This document shows, piece by piece, positions 9,137-19,787 of a stretch of DNA of 64,000 nt. A program made the position numbers and the translations under genes. The notes below the pieces were generated by a model, which was given only the letters and a program-made list of their open reading frames with translations, searched no databases and had not been told where the DNA came from. The stretch lies in NCBI GenBank assembly GCA_963698095.1, contig OY969120.1, positions 2,526,419 through 2,590,418 on the forward strand. The letters are read 5' to 3'. How positions within the stretch are numbered: position 1 is the stretch's first letter; each line of letters opens with the position of its first letter. The DNA is from an uncultured Actinomycetes bacterium. Lineage in GTDB: Bacteria > Actinomycetota > Thermoleophilia > Solirubrobacterales > Solirubrobacteraceae.

Positions 9137-10772
9137 GGGTCACCGCCCCGGGTGCGCGCGCCGCGTCCTGCTTCGCCTGCGTGCGCATCTCCGACAGGAT
9201 GCGCTCCAGGCGCGGCTCGGTCTCGCGGTCGACGTGCGTCATCGCGGCGCCGACCGCGGGGTGGATCTCGGCGATCGCGGCGTGGAGCGCGTGGGCGACG
9301 GCGCGGTAGGAGGGGTGGCCCTCGCGGCCGGAGCGCAGCTCGATCAGCTGCATCGCCGCGCGCGCGTTCATGTCGAGCACGTAGCGGATGCGGTAGCCGA
9401 GGCAGACGGCGTAGGGCGCCGCCTCGCGCAGGCCGGCGGCGGCGAGCCGCTCGTACTCCGTGCGCGAGGTTTCCAAAGCCCGCCGGTAGTCGTCGCCGCA
9501 GCCCGCCAGCTCGACCTCCTCCGGCACCTCCGCGCCGAGGTGCGGCGTCAGCGCCTGCCACTGGACCGTCAGCATCCGATGCCGCTGCAGATCCCGGAAG
9601 GCGCCGTAGTCGGAGACGATCTCGAAGCGGTACCGCAGCGCCTCGAAGCCGCGCCCGGGCCGGTGGCGGCGGTTCTCGCGCGCGCCGATCAGGTCGCGCA
9701 GCAGCGCCGCGCGCTGCTCGCCGTCGAGCCCCGCCGCGGCCGCGTGTGCGCGCTCCTCCGGCACGCCGCTCGCCTCGAACAGCAGCGCGGCGATCAGGTC
9801 GTCCTCCTCGCCGTCGTGGCGCAGCAGCGTCACAGACGGGCCGCCGGCCTGCGCGAGCCCCTCGTCCGCGGCGAGCCCCAGCCGCGCCGCCCACGCCCGC
9901 CCGGCCTCCGCGCGCGTGCGCAGGTAGTCGACCCAGGCGCCGCCGCGCTCGGGCCGCTCGACGCGCGTCACGAACGACGGGATCGTCGCCTGCACGGCGG
10001 TCAGCAGCATCCGCCCGTAGCGCTGCGCCTCCGGCAGCGGGTGCGCGAGCAGGTGCAGGATCAGCTGCTCGTACGTCTGGCCCGTCGCGAAGATGCCCAT
10101 GTGCGAGAGGGAGGCGGCCGGCAGCAGGCCGCGCAGCAGGTCGAGCGCCTTCGCCTTGATCGCGCGCGCATGGGCCGCCTCGGGCTCGTCGTCGCAGCGC
10201 GGGAACTGCTCGGCCGCCCAGGCGCTCACCCGCGGCAGCAGGTCGGCGTAGGTGTCGAACAGCGCGTCCATGGCGCGCTCGTACTCCGGCCCGAGCTCGG
10301 CGTCGCGGTAGTAGCGATAGCGCGGCGCGCCGTCGCCGGGAGCAGCGCCCGCCTCCATCGGCGCGTCGTAGGCGATGTAGCGCGTCGACTGCTCCAGGTA
10401 GGCGCCCAGCCGCGGCCGCTGCAGCAGCTTCGTCAGCACGTTCGACACCCACTCGCACGCGACGTGCGCGCCGCCGAGCTGCGCCACCGAGTCGTCGCCG
10501 TAGCCGAGGAAGATTCTGTCGTACAGCTCCGCGGCGCGGTCGCCCTCGCCGCTCGTGTCCCAGCCCGCCGGCAGCTCCGGCAGCGAGTCGGCGAACTCGT
10601 CGAGGAACAGCCGCCGCAGCGTCCCGGGGTAGCGCGAGTAGCGCGCGAACAGCGCGCCCTTCACCGTCTCCGGCAGGTTCAGCAGCGCGAACACCGGCCC
10701 GTCGAGATCGCTGAAGTGCGGCGCCAGTCGCGCGCGCTCTGTGTCGGTGAACGTCTCGCTCGGGTACTCCAC
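9123..10772 (-). CDS. thyX: FAD-dependent thymidylate synthase, long two-domain form
   Basis: ALFARYSR, YGDDSVAQL, YLEQSTRY in the first half; YGAFRDLQRHR and second ThyX-like repeat; 549 aa. Confidence 0.85.
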   Translation of the reverse strand: MEYPSETFTDTERARLAPHFSDLDGPVFALLNLPETVKGALFARYSRYPGTLRRLFLDEFADSLPELPAGWDTSGEGDRAAELYDRIFLGYGDDSVAQLGGAHVACEWVSNVLTKLLQRPRLGAYLEQSTRYIAYDAPMEAGAAPGDGAPRYRYYRDAELGPEYERAMDALFDTYADLLPRVSAWAAEQFPRCDDEPEAAHARAIKAKALDLLRGLLPAASLSHMGIFATGQTYEQLILHLLAHPLPEAQRYGRMLLTAVQATIPSFVTRVERPERGGAWVDYLRTRAEAGRAWAARLGLAADEGLAQAGGPSVTLLRHDGEEDDLIAALLFEASGVPEERAHAAAAGLDGEQRAALLRDLIGARENRRHRPGRGFEALRYRFEIVSDYGAFRDLQRHRMLTVQWQALTPHLGAEVPEEVELAGCGDDYRRALETSRTEYERLAAAGLREAAPYAVCLGYRIRYVLDMNARAAMQLIELRSGREGHPSYRAVAHALHAAIAEIHPAVGAAMTHVDRETEPRLERILSEMRTQAKQDAARAPGAVTRGGL

Positions 10773-10826
10773 GGGGGCGGACAGGCTAGCGCCAGCTCCG
10801 GCGGCCCAGCGGATGGCGCCGCCGGC

Positions 10827-12473
10827 TCAGCCCGTGACGGGCGGGAAGCGCGGCTGCCGCGCCGGCGAGCCGGTCACGCGGCCGTCGCCGCCCGTGCCGT
10901 CGCCCGGCACCGGGCCGAGCTCCGGCCCCGCCAAGCGCCACTGCGGGCGCTCGCTCATCAGCGCCTCGATCTCCGCCCGGCGGGCGGGCGTCGGCACGGC
11001 CCAGCCGGGCTCGTAGCCGAACACCTCGTGCAGCGGCGCGCTTCTGAAGCCCTCGGTGACGATCTCCAGCCGGCCGGGGTCGACGAGCGCAGGATGCGTG
11101 ACCCCGCACGTGCGCGCGAGCGCCAGCAGCTCGCCGCGCAGCGCGCGCACGTACGTCGCGTGGCGGACCGCCTTCAGCTCCGGGTCGAGGCCGCGCGTGA
11201 GCCACGGGTTCTGGGTCGCCACGCCGGTCGGGCAGCGGCCCGTGTGGCAGCGCTGCGCCTGGATGCAGCCGATCGCCAGCATCGCCTCGCGGCCGACGCT
11301 GACCGTGTCGCAGCCGAGCGCGAGCGCGAACAGCGCGGCGTCGGGGAAGCCGAGCTTCCCGGAGCCGACGAACACGACGCGCTCGGCGATCCCGAGGCGC
11401 GCGAACGCCGCGTACACGCGCGCGAAGCCGAGCTTGAACGGCAGTGCGACGTGGTCGGTGAAGGCCAGCGGCGCCGCGCCCGTGCCGCCCTCGCCGCCGT
11501 CGATGGTGACGAAGTCGACGCCGCGCGCGCCGGTCTCCATCAGCCCGGCCAGCTCGTCCCAGAACTCCTGCTCGCCGACGGCCGACTTGATCCCGACCGG
11601 CAGCCCGGTCGCCTCCGCGACGGACTCGACGAAGTCGAGCAGCTCGTCGGCGCTGCCGAACGCGCTGTGGCCCGGCGGGCTGACGCAGTCGGCCCCGGTC
11701 TCGATCTCGCGGATCGCGGCGATCTCGGGCGTCACCTTCGCCGCCGGCAGGAGCCCGCCGAGCCCCGGCTTCGCGCCTTGGGAGAGCTTGATCTCGATCG
11801 CGCGCACGGGCGCGCCGGCGATCGTCTCCTGCAGGTGCTCGAGCGAGAAGCGGCCGCGCGCGTCGCGGCAGCCGAAGTAGCCGGTGCCGATCTGGAAGAC
11901 GAGGTCGCCGCCGTGGCGGTGGTGCGGCGAGAGGCCGCCCTCGCCGGTGCTGTGCAGGCAGCCGGCCATCTTGCAGCCCTCGTTGAGCGCCTGCACCGCC
12001 GCGCCCGACAGCGCGCCGAAGCTCATCCCGGAGACGTTCACGAGCGACGGCGGCCGGAACGCGTGGCGCCGCCCGCGCGCGGCGCCGGCCACCTTCCCGG
12101 CCGGGATCGCATAGTCGGGGAAGCCGCCCGGCGCGCGGTCCGCCGCCGGCGCGACCGGGAACGCCGCGTGCTTGATCGCGAGCATCCCGCCGACCGACTC
12201 CATCTCGTTGTCGGTGCCGAAGCCGAACGTGTTCGTCTGGCTCTTGGCCGAGGCGTAGACCCAGCGGCGCTGGTCGCGGTTGAACGGCCGCTCCTCGTCG
12301 TCGCCCGTGACGATGTACTGGCGCAGCTCGGGCCCGAACAGCTCGAGCAGGTAGCGGAAGTGCCCGACGACGGGGAAGTTGCGCAGGATCGCGTGGCGGC
12401 GCTGCAGCAGGTCGTACGCGGTCACGCCGGCGAGGCCGGCGGCCACCGCACGCCGTGCGCGCCGCCGCGCCAT
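10827..12473 (-). CDS. FMN-binding glutamate synthase family protein (Glu_synthase domain only)
   Basis: NVSGMSFGALS, TGEGG, EIKLSQGAKPGLGGLLP, IDGGEGGTGAAP, CIQAQRCHTGRCPTGVATQ; ATGA overlap with serS. Confidence 0.85.
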   Translation of the reverse strand: MARRRARRAVAAGLAGVTAYDLLQRRHAILRNFPVVGHFRYLLELFGPELRQYIVTGDDEERPFNRDQRRWVYASAKSQTNTFGFGTDNEMESVGGMLAIKHAAFPVAPAADRAPGGFPDYAIPAGKVAGAARGRRHAFRPPSLVNVSGMSFGALSGAAVQALNEGCKMAGCLHSTGEGGLSPHHRHGGDLVFQIGTGYFGCRDARGRFSLEHLQETIAGAPVRAIEIKLSQGAKPGLGGLLPAAKVTPEIAAIREIETGADCVSPPGHSAFGSADELLDFVESVAEATGLPVGIKSAVGEQEFWDELAGLMETGARGVDFVTIDGGEGGTGAAPLAFTDHVALPFKLGFARVYAAFARLGIAERVVFVGSGKLGFPDAALFALALGCDTVSVGREAMLAIGCIQAQRCHTGRCPTGVATQNPWLTRGLDPELKAVRHATYVRALRGELLALARTCGVTHPALVDPGRLEIVTEGFRSAPLHEVFGYEPGWAVPTPARRAEIEALMSERPQWRLAGPELGPVPGDGTGGDGRVTGSPARQPRFPPVTG

Positions 12474-13711
12474 CAGCCTCCTGCGGCGGGCAGGACCGCC
12501 GGAGCCCCGGCCGCGACGAGCGCCGCCGGGATCGCGATCGAGCCGTCGTCCTGCTGGCCGTTCTCCAGCAGCGCGATCAGCGTGCGGCCGACGGCGACGG
12601 CCGTGCCGTTGAGCGTGTGGAGCGTCTCCGGCTTCCTCGCGTCTCTCGGGCGATACCGGATCTCCAAACGCCGAGCTTGGTAGTCGGTCGTGTTCGAGCA
12701 CGACGTCAGCTCGCGGTAGCGGCCCTGGCCGGGCAGCCACGCCTCGCAGTCGTACTTCTTGGCGGCCGAGGCGCCGAGGTCGTTCACCGCGATGTTGACC
12801 ACGCGATAGGGGATCTCCAGATCGCGCAGGATCGACTCCTCGAGCGCGAGGATCCGCTCGTGCTCGGCGGCCGAGTCCTCCGGCGCGACGAAGCTGAACA
12901 TCTCGACCTTGTCGAACTGGTGCACGCGGAAGATCCCGCGCGTGTCTCTGCCGGCGGCGCCGGCCTCGCGGCGGAAGCAGGGGGAGAAGCCGGCGTAGCG
13001 CAGCGGCAGCGCCTCGCCGTCGAGGATCTCGCCCGCGTGCAGCGAGGCGAGCGCGACCTCCGAGGTGCCGACGAGGTAGAGGTCGTCGGCCGGCAGGTGG
13101 TAGATCTGCTGCTCGGTGTCCGGCAGGAAGCCGGTGCCGTAGAGCGCCTGCTCGCGCACGAGCACCGGCGGGATCACCGGCTCGAAGCCCTCGCCCGAGA
13201 GCTTCTCCAGCGCGTAGCGCACGAGCGCGAGCTCGAGCAGCACCAGATCCCCGCGCAGGTAGGCGAAGCGGGCGCCGGACAGGCGCGCCCCGCGCTCCAT
13301 GTCGATCCGCTCGCCGGCCAGCTCGAGGTGGTCCCTGCCGCTCTTGCCGGCCTCGCCGACCTCGCGCACGACCGTGTCCTCGGGCGCCGCGTCCTCGGCG
13401 GGGAGGTTCGGCAGGCCGCGCAGCAGCTCGTCGCGCTCCTGCGCGACGGCCGTCTGCGCGTCGGACAGCGCGCGGCCGCGCTCGGCGAGCGTGCGCATCT
13501 GCGCGCGCTGCTCGTCGCTGGGGGCGCCGCGCAGCGCGCGTGTCGCCTCGTTCTGCTCCGCCTGCAGCGTCTCGAGCTGGGTCGTCAGCTCGCGCCAGCG
13601 CTCGTCCGTCGCCAGCAGCCGGTCGATCGCGGCATCCTCGACGTCGCCGCGGCGCGCGAGCGCGCGACGCACGGCGTCGGGGTCGCGACGGATGAGTCTG
13701 AGGTCGAGCAC
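12473..13711 (-). CDS. serS: Serine--tRNA ligase
   Basis: LVGTSEV, FRREAG..GRDTRGIFRVHQFDKVEMF, ELTSCSNTTDYQARRL, TLNGTAVA. Confidence 0.95.
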   Translation of the reverse strand: MLDLRLIRRDPDAVRRALARRGDVEDAAIDRLLATDERWRELTTQLETLQAEQNEATRALRGAPSDEQRAQMRTLAERGRALSDAQTAVAQERDELLRGLPNLPAEDAAPEDTVVREVGEAGKSGRDHLELAGERIDMERGARLSGARFAYLRGDLVLLELALVRYALEKLSGEGFEPVIPPVLVREQALYGTGFLPDTEQQIYHLPADDLYLVGTSEVALASLHAGEILDGEALPLRYAGFSPCFRREAGAAGRDTRGIFRVHQFDKVEMFSFVAPEDSAAEHERILALEESILRDLEIPYRVVNIAVNDLGASAAKKYDCEAWLPGQGRYRELTSCSNTTDYQARRLEIRYRPRDARKPETLHTLNGTAVAVGRTLIALLENGQQDDGSIAIPAALVAAGAPAVLPAAGG

Positions 13712-13735
13712 CGGACGGCGGCCGACTCCGGGCGA

Positions 13736-14251
13736 CTAGCCCTGGCCGTTGCCGGTGGTCTGCGTTCCGCCGGTGGAGGCGGAGGTGGAGGTGCCGCCCG
13801 ACCCGGTGGCCGCAGGAGTGCAGTGGAAGCCGTTCGCCGCACTGCCGCTGCCGTCCGGCCGCGGGCTTCTGGCGCTGCTGCCGGCGTAGTGCGCGACGAA
13901 GCTCGCAACCTCCTGCGCCTGCGTCCCGACGAAGATGTTCTGCGGCATGATCGCGCCGGAGAAGCCGCCGTTCTCGATCGCGTAGAGCACGCGCTCGATG
14001 CACTCGCGGCGGGTGTTGAAGTTCGGCCCGTCGGTGCGCTCGCGCGTTCTGACGTTGGTGGCCGAGCCCTGCGTCGCGGCGGCGGCGAGCGTGTGGCAGC
14101 CCGCGCAGCGCTGCTGGAAGAGCTGGGCGCCGGCGTACTGCGGGCTCGTCGTGGCGACCTCGATCTTCTGCTCGCCGCAGGCGGCCAGCGGCAGCGCAAG
14201 TGCGAGCGCGAGCAGGGGGAGGAGGATCGACTTCGTCGTGCGGCGGGTCAT
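13736..14251 (-). CDS. c-type cytochrome lipoprotein
   Basis: Lipobox LAAC after a hydrophobic signal; CAGCH heme motif; distal Met in GAIMP; Gly/Thr-rich tail. Confidence 0.75.
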   Translation of the reverse strand: MTRRTTKSILLPLLALALALPLAACGEQKIEVATTSPQYAGAQLFQQRCAGCHTLAAAATQGSATNVRTRERTDGPNFNTRRECIERVLYAIENGGFSGAIMPQNIFVGTQAQEVASFVAHYAGSSARSPRPDGSGSAANGFHCTPAATGSGGTSTSASTGGTQTTGNGQG

Positions 14252-14392
14252 GCGGCCGCGCATCATACGGAAGAACGCCGTCGCGGTGCCTGCCCTCCCT
14301 CCGCGGCAGTTCGCGACGGCCCGCGCGGGTGCGCGCGCGACAGGCCCGTTGCACCGGCAGGACACCGCCGCGAGGCGGCGAAAGGTCGAGTC

Positions 14393-14466
14393 GTCCCGGT
14401 GCCGGCTTCGACGATCTTGCAGTGCGATCGTCCTCACGGCGGCAACCAGAGGGTCGGCGCCGGGAC
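14393..14466 (+). ncRNA. Candidate structured RNA (three-way junction), unidentified
   Basis: 14-bp closing stem 14393-14406/14453-14466 with two G-U wobbles on +; inner hairpins GACGATC/GATCGTC and CCTC/GAGG; followed by a 12-bp hairpin at 14484-14517. Confidence 0.35.
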
Positions 14467-14538
14467 GCCTTCCTCGATCGCAGGCGACCGCGCCGATCCC
14501 CCTCCCGGCGCGGTCGCGCGTGCTAGAACGAGCGCCGC

Positions 14539-15018
14539 ATGCCGAGCGAGCTCGACCCCGACCGCTACCGCACCGTCTTCGGCCACTTCGCGACGGGCGT
14601 CGCCGTCATCACGGTGGCGGGGCCCGCGGGCGCGGGCGGGATGACCGCCAACGCCGTCTGCTCCGTCTCGCTCGACCCGCTGCTCGCGCTCGTCTGCTTC
14701 GAGCAGTCCGCCCGCACGCTGCCGCTCGTGCGCGACGCCGGCCGCTTCGCGGTCAACGTCCTGCGCGCCGGGGAGGAGGACGTCGCGCGCGTGTTCGCCT
14801 CGAAGGTCCCCGAGGGCGAGAAGCTGCGCGAGGTGCCGCACCGGCTCGAGGCCGGCATGCCGATCCTCGGCGCCGCGCTCGCCTGGGTCGTCTGCGACCT
14901 GCGCGAGCTGCTGCCGACCGGCGACCACGAGATCGCGATCGGCGAGGTCGTCGCGATGGACCTCACGGACGGCGATCCGCTGCTGTGGTACGGCGGCGGC
15001 TACCGCACGATCGCCTGA
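14539..15018 (+). CDS. Flavin reductase family protein
   Basis: [16 protein letters not shown]-like start ([16 protein letters not shown]), [30 protein letters not shown]. Confidence 0.9.
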   Translation: MPSELDPDRYRTVFGHFATGVAVITVAGPAGAGGMTANAVCSVSLDPLLALVCFEQSARTLPLVRDAGRFAVNVLRAGEEDVARVFASKVPEGEKLREVPHRLEAGMPILGAALAWVVCDLRELLPTGDHEIAIGEVVAMDLTDGDPLLWYGGGYRTIA

Positions 15019-15078
15019 GGCACCCGTCTGCACGGGCGCCGGCCGCCGCTAAGCTGTGGATTCCGGGGGATCGAGATC

Positions 15079-15702
15079 GTGGGGGTCGGAATGTCCTTGC
15101 TGTCCAGACGTCGTCAGCCGGCGCCGCAGCGCATAGCCGCTCCGCCCGGCATGAGGGTGGTGCTGCACGTCGGCTGCGGCTCGGTCGAGGACCAGGGCCT
15201 GCACGAGCGCTTCCTCGGGCCGGAGTGGCACGAGCTGCGGCTCGACGTCGACCCGGGCGTCGAGCCGGACGTCGTCGCGAGCATCACCGACATGTCGCCG
15301 GTGCCGGAGGCTTCGGTGGACGCGGTCTACTCGCACCACAACATCGAGCACATCTTCGCCCACGAGGTCCCGCTCGCGATGAGCGAGTTCTTCCGCGTGT
15401 TGAGACCGGGCGGCGAGGTGCTGCTCGCGACGCCCGACCTGCAGACCGTCGCGAGAACGATCGCCTCGGGGCGGTTGGAGGACACGCTCTACAGATCGGG
15501 CGCCGGGCCGATCTCGGCGCTCGACGTCGTCTACGGGCTGCGCAGCGACATCCTCACCGGGCGCGAGTACATGGCGCACCGCACCGGCTTCACGCGCGGG
15601 ACGCTCGCACGCAAGCTCGGCGCCGCCGGCTTCGCCGACATCGAGGTGACGCGCGAGGCGCCCTTCGCGCTGTGGGCGAGAGGCCGGCGCCCGGCAGCCT
15701 AG
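15079..15702 (+). CDS. Class I SAM-dependent methyltransferase
   Basis: VLHVGCG motif [21 protein letters not shown]; start uncertain (15079, 15091 or 15151). Confidence 0.8.
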   Translation: MGVGMSLLSRRRQPAPQRIAAPPGMRVVLHVGCGSVEDQGLHERFLGPEWHELRLDVDPGVEPDVVASITDMSPVPEASVDAVYSHHNIEHIFAHEVPLAMSEFFRVLRPGGEVLLATPDLQTVARTIASGRLEDTLYRSGAGPISALDVVYGLRSDILTGREYMAHRTGFTRGTLARKLGAAGFADIEVTREAPFALWARGRRPAA

Positions 15703-16151
15703 AACGCCCCCGACGTCGTCGCCGCGCGCAGCGCGAGGACGACGACGACGAAGCAGGCGATCGTCATGACGCCCATCTCGCGGCGGACGATCGAGAGCAC
15801 GACGACGCGCTGCTCGTCGGGCGGCAGCTCGCCGACGTCGGCGGCGGAGTCGTAGTCGCGCGCGGCGAGGATCGCGTCGGCCGAGCCGACCCGCAGCTGC
15901 TCGGCGACGAACGAGACGACGAGCGGCAGCACGCCGTAGAGGATGTGCAGGTTGTCGCCGGGCTTCTTCCCGAGCGCGAGCAGCAGCCCGCCGAGCACGA
16001 CCTGCAGCACGATCGCCGCCTGCCCCGCGCGCAGCAGGACCCAGAAGCGCGGGCTCGGCTCGACGCGCTGCCAGCACCACGCCCCGAGCAGCCCGGCGGC
16101 GAGGTTGAGCACGAGCAGGGTGACGCCGACGACGACGTGGACGGTGACCAT
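15699..16151 (-). CDS. Hypothetical membrane protein
   Basis: Four hydrophobic segments, coding-like codon bias, GGAGG upstream. Confidence 0.6.
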   Translation of the reverse strand: MVTVHVVVGVTLLVLNLAAGLLGAWCWQRVEPSPRFWVLLRAGQAAIVLQVVLGGLLLALGKKPGDNLHILYGVLPLVVSFVAEQLRVGSADAILAARDYDSAADVGELPPDEQRVVVLSIVRREMGVMTIACFVVVVLALRAATTSGAF

Positions 16152-16257
16152 CGCGCGCGGACGCTAGCCGACCGCGCTTGCGGGAGGCGCGGAGCCGCGC
16201 GCGCGGCCCGGCGCCAAGCGCGTTTACGCACGATCACATCGAGCGTTTTCGCACTAA

Positions 16258-16274
16258 GTGACACGTTGTCACAA
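16258..16274. promoter_or_regulatory. Palindrome upstream of the nuo operon and TATAAC -10 element (16293-16298)
   Basis: GTGAC-ACGTT-GTCAC at 16258-16272 overlapping a TTGTCA hexamer. Confidence 0.45.
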
Positions 16275-16308
16275 AGTGCATACGGTCGGTGCTATAACCC
16301 GCAGCGCT

Positions 16309-16674
16309 TTGCTGACCAGCTACGGACCAGCGCTCGTCTTCCTCGCCATCGGCCTGATCGTCGCCGCCGCCTTCGGCACGGCGCCGCGGCTGCTCGGGCC
16401 GAGGCGTGCGAGCGCCTCGCGGCAGTCCCAGCTGGCCCCCTACGAGTGCGGTCTGCCGTCCGAGGTGTCGAGCTCGTTCCGCTTCGGGATCAGCTTCTAC
16501 CTGATCGCGATGCTGTTCATCCTGTTCGACATCGAGGTGATCTTCCTCTACCCGATCGCCGTGCAGCTGCGTGCGTTCGGGAGCTTCGCGCTGGTGGAGA
16601 CGGTCGTCTTCGTCGTGCTGCTGATGGTCGCCTTCGTCTACGTCTGGCGGCGGGGAGCGCTCGAATGGAAGTAG
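16309..16674 (+). CDS. nuoA: NADH-quinone oxidoreductase subunit A
   Basis: [33 protein letters not shown]; TTG start. Confidence 0.95.
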   Translation: MLTSYGPALVFLAIGLIVAAAFGTAPRLLGPRRASASRQSQLAPYECGLPSEVSSSFRFGISFYLIAMLFILFDIEVIFLYPIAVQLRAFGSFALVETVVFVVLLMVAFVYVWRRGALEWK

Positions 16675-17357
16675 TGCGCGCGAGACTCGGCGGGACCCCC
16701 GCCGACGCCACCGATCCGAGCGACTTCCGCGTCCGCCAGCTGCGCGCGCGCGACATGCTGCGCGGCGACATCCCCGACGAGGAGCTGGAGCAGTACGTCG
16801 AGGAGCGCGTCCTCACCACCACGCTCGACAAGGCCGTCGCGTGGGCGCGCGGCAACTCGCTGTTCCCCGCGACGTTCGGGCTCGCCTGCTGCGCGATCGA
16901 GATGATGTCGCTGCCGGGCGCCCGGCTCGACATCGCGCGCTTCGGCTTCGAGGCGTTCCGCGCCTCGCCGCGCCAGGCCGACCTGCTGATCCTGTCGGGC
17001 CGCGTCTCGATCAAGATGGCGCCGGTCGTCCGCCGCATCTACGACCAGATGCTGGAGCCGCGCTGGGCGATCGCGATGGGCGCCTGCTGCTCCTCGATGG
17101 GCGTCTTCAACAACTACGCGATCGTCCCGGCCGACAAGTTCATGCCGATCGACGTGCACGTGCCCGGCTGCCCGCCGCGGCCCGAGGCGCTGATGCACGG
17201 CATCCTCAAGCTGCGCGACAGAATCCAGGGCAACGCGCCGGCCGGCTGGCGCGAGCGCTACGGCGCGGAGGGCACCGAGGAGGTGCTCGGCGAGGCGGAT
17301 CTCCCCGGCGTGAACGCGGTCAACGTGTTCCAGAGCGGCGAGACGCAACGTGCCTGA
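16665..17357 (+). CDS. nuoB: NADH-quinone oxidoreductase subunit B
   Basis: [38 protein letters not shown]. Confidence 0.95.
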   Translation: MEVVRARLGGTPADATDPSDFRVRQLRARDMLRGDIPDEELEQYVEERVLTTTLDKAVAWARGNSLFPATFGLACCAIEMMSLPGARLDIARFGFEAFRASPRQADLLILSGRVSIKMAPVVRRIYDQMLEPRWAIAMGACCSSMGVFNNYAIVPADKFMPIDVHVPGCPPRPEALMHGILKLRDRIQGNAPAGWRERYGAEGTEEVLGEADLPGVNAVNVFQSGETQRA

Positions 17358-17862
17358 CGCGACCGGTCTCGAGCTGATCGCTCAGGACCTGCGCGCCGCC
17401 GGAAACGACGACGGGGTCCTGGGCACGAGCTTCTTCCGCGAGGAGGCGACGATCGAGGTCGCCCCGGCGTTCCTGCGCACGGCGGCCGAGGCGCTGCACG
17501 CGAAGGGCTACACGTTCATGGCGTCGTGTCACGGCGTCGACTACTACCCCGACGAGCCGCGCCTCGGCGTCCACTACCAGCTGCTCGACATGCCGAACGT
17601 CGACCGCGTCTGCCTCAAGACGCGCGTCACGATCGAGGCGCCGAACGTGCCGTCGCTGTGCGGCATCTGGCCCGGCGCGAACCACCCCGAGCGCGAGGTC
17701 TTCGACATGTTCGGCGTCGTCTTCGACGAGCACCCGGACCTGCGCCGCATCCTCATGCCCGAGGACTACGAGGGTCACCCGCAGCGGCGCGACTTCCCGA
17801 TCGGCGGCGAGCCGGTGCTGTTCACCTACAACGAGGACAAGGTCCCGGGGTGGACGCGATGA
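17350..17862 (+). CDS. nuoC: NADH-quinone oxidoreductase subunit C
   Basis: [37 protein letters not shown]. Confidence 0.95.
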   Translation: MPDATGLELIAQDLRAAGNDDGVLGTSFFREEATIEVAPAFLRTAAEALHAKGYTFMASCHGVDYYPDEPRLGVHYQLLDMPNVDRVCLKTRVTIEAPNVPSLCGIWPGANHPEREVFDMFGVVFDEHPDLRRILMPEDYEGHPQRRDFPIGGEPVLFTYNEDKVPGWTR

Positions 17863-19110
17863 GCACGCCGGCCGGGATCTCCGACTACCGCAAGCAGGAG
17901 GAGTCGGTCACGCTCAGCTCGCAGCCCGCAGGCCAGGGCGTCGAGCAGGAGCTGATGACGATCAACATGGGCCCGCACCACCCGTCGACGCACGGGGTGC
18001 TGCGCCTGATCCTCACGCTCGAGGGCGAGACGGTCCGCGACGTCAAGCCGATCATCGGCTACGTCCACACCGGCATCGAGAAGACCGCCGAGGACAAGCC
18101 GTACTGGAAGGCGATCCCCGTCGTCGAGCGGATGGACTACCTCTCCTACTACTTCAACGCGATGGCCTACTGCGGCGCGGTGGAGAAGCTGCTGGAGGTC
18201 GAGGTCCCCGCGCGCGCGCAGTACCTGCGCGTGATCCACCTGGAGCTGAACCGCATCATGTCCCACCTCGTGTGGCTCGGGACGAGCTGCATCGACCTCG
18301 GCGCGATCTCCGTGTGGTGGTACTGCTTCCGCGAGCGCGAGGCGGTGCTCGACCTGTTCGAGATGTCCTCCGGCCAGCGCATGCACACGCGCTACTTCCA
18401 GGTCGGCGGCGTGATCGAGGACATCCCGCGCGGCTGGGTCGAGCGGGTGCGCAGATTCACCAAGGAGATGCGCACGCGCGCCGACCAGTACGCAGCGCTG
18501 CTCGACAGAAACGAGATCGTGTTGCAGCGCCTGCGCCACACCGGCGTCGTCGACGAGGCGACGCTGCTCGGCCTCGGCGTGACCGGCCCGCTGCTGCGCG
18601 CCGCCGGCAACCCGTGGGACCTGCGCAAGGCCGCGCCGTACTCGTCCTACGACCACTTCGACTTCAAGATCCCGGTCGGCACGATCGGCGACAACTACGA
18701 CCGCTATCGCGTCCGCCACGCCGAGATCTACGAGTCCTGCGCGATCATCGACCAGGCGCTCGACGGGCTGCCCGAGGGGCCGTTCATCACGACCGACCGC
18801 AAGGTCGCGCTGCCGCCGCGCCATGAGCTGGCGACCTCGATGGAGGCGCTGATCCACCACTTCAAGCTCGTGACCGAGGGCTTCCGCGTGCCGCCGGGCG
18901 AGGTCTACAACCCGATCGAGTCGCCGCGCGGCGAGCTGGGCTGCTATCGTGCGGTCGGACGGCTCCTCGAAGCCCGCGCGCGTGCACATGCGCGACCCCT
19001 CGTTCGTGAACCTGCAGGCCACCGCGCCGGCTACGCGCAACTCGTACATCGCGGATCTCGTCGCGACGCTCGCGATGCTCGACCCGGTGCTCGGCGGGGT
19101 GGATCGCTGA
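17859..19110 (+). CDS. nuoD: NADH-quinone oxidoreductase subunit D, frameshift near 18947
   Basis: [28 protein letters not shown]; shifted frame reads [13 protein letters not shown]...DPVLGGVDR* (TGA 19108-19110). Confidence 0.9.
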
Positions 19111-19787
19111 TGGCGCCGGACTCCTCGATTGCCCGCTACGAGCACGGCTCGCGCATCCCCGGCTGGGACGACGCGGCCGATCTGAGCAAGGACCCGGCCG
19201 GGATCCCCGACCCGGCGCTGACGCCCGTGCCCGCGGAGCTGCGCGAGCGGATCGAGGCGTCGATGGCGAAGTACCCCGACTTCCGCTCGGCCGCGATCCC
19301 GGCGCTGCACGCCGCGCAGGAGCTGCACGGCTGGTGCTCGCCCGAGGCGATCGAGCAGGTCGCGTGCGTGATGCGGCTGACGCCCGCGTACCTGACGGCG
19401 GTGGCGACCTTCTACGACATGTTCTCGACGGTGCCCGTCGGGCGCCAGACGGTCTACGTCTGCACGAACATCTCGTGCTCGCTGCGCGGCGCCGACGAGC
19501 TGTACGCGGCGATGCAGGACGCCGCCGGCGACGACCCCGACTTCAACGTGCGCGCGTTCGAGTGCCTCGGCGCCTGCGACATCGCGCCGATGGCGTCGGT
19601 CAACGGTGCCTACGTGGGGCCGCTGGAGCTGGCCGACGCGGAGACGATCGTCGCGCAGCTGCGCGCGGGCGAGGAGGTCCTCCCCGACAAGCAGCTGCTG
19701 CGCTGCAAGGTCGCCGACCCGCGCGCGGCGAGCGCCGCTCCGAGTACCGCCGCCGCCCCGACGCTGTTCGAAGACGAGGACGCATGA
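19110..19787 (+). CDS. nuoE: NADH-quinone oxidoreductase subunit E
   Basis: [29 protein letters not shown] 2Fe-2S ligands. Confidence 0.9.
   Translation: MAPDSSIARYEHGSRIPGWDDAADLSKDPAGIPDPALTPVPAELRERIEASMAKYPDFRSAAIPALHAAQELHGWCSPEAIEQVACVMRLTPAYLTAVATFYDMFSTVPVGRQTVYVCTNISCSLRGADELYAAMQDAAGDDPDFNVRAFECLGACDIAPMASVNGAYVGPLELADAETIVAQLRAGEEVLPDKQLLRCKVADPRAASAAPSTAAAPTLFEDEDA

Noticed and set aside
8997-12683. Very long antisense or alternate-frame ORFs (e.g. 8997..12683, 66..1667, 2729..4603, 33101..35533, 55334..58321)
   Set aside because: Shadow ORFs from stop-codon scarcity in GC-rich DNA; Arg/Ala/Pro-rich and overlapping clearly identified genes
10827-14354. 1175-aa ORF suggesting a large glutamate-synthase fusion
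   Set aside because: Only the last 548 aa are homologous; the real start is the ATGA overlap at 12473
14341-14470. Known riboswitch (SAM-I/IV, c-di-GMP, cobalamin) or 6S RNA
   Set aside because: Only short look-alike words such as CGGCAACC are present; the full consensus and architecture do not fit
16255-16275. Canonical Rex or CRP site
   Set aside because: Half-site spacing is one base too long; kept only as an unassigned palindrome
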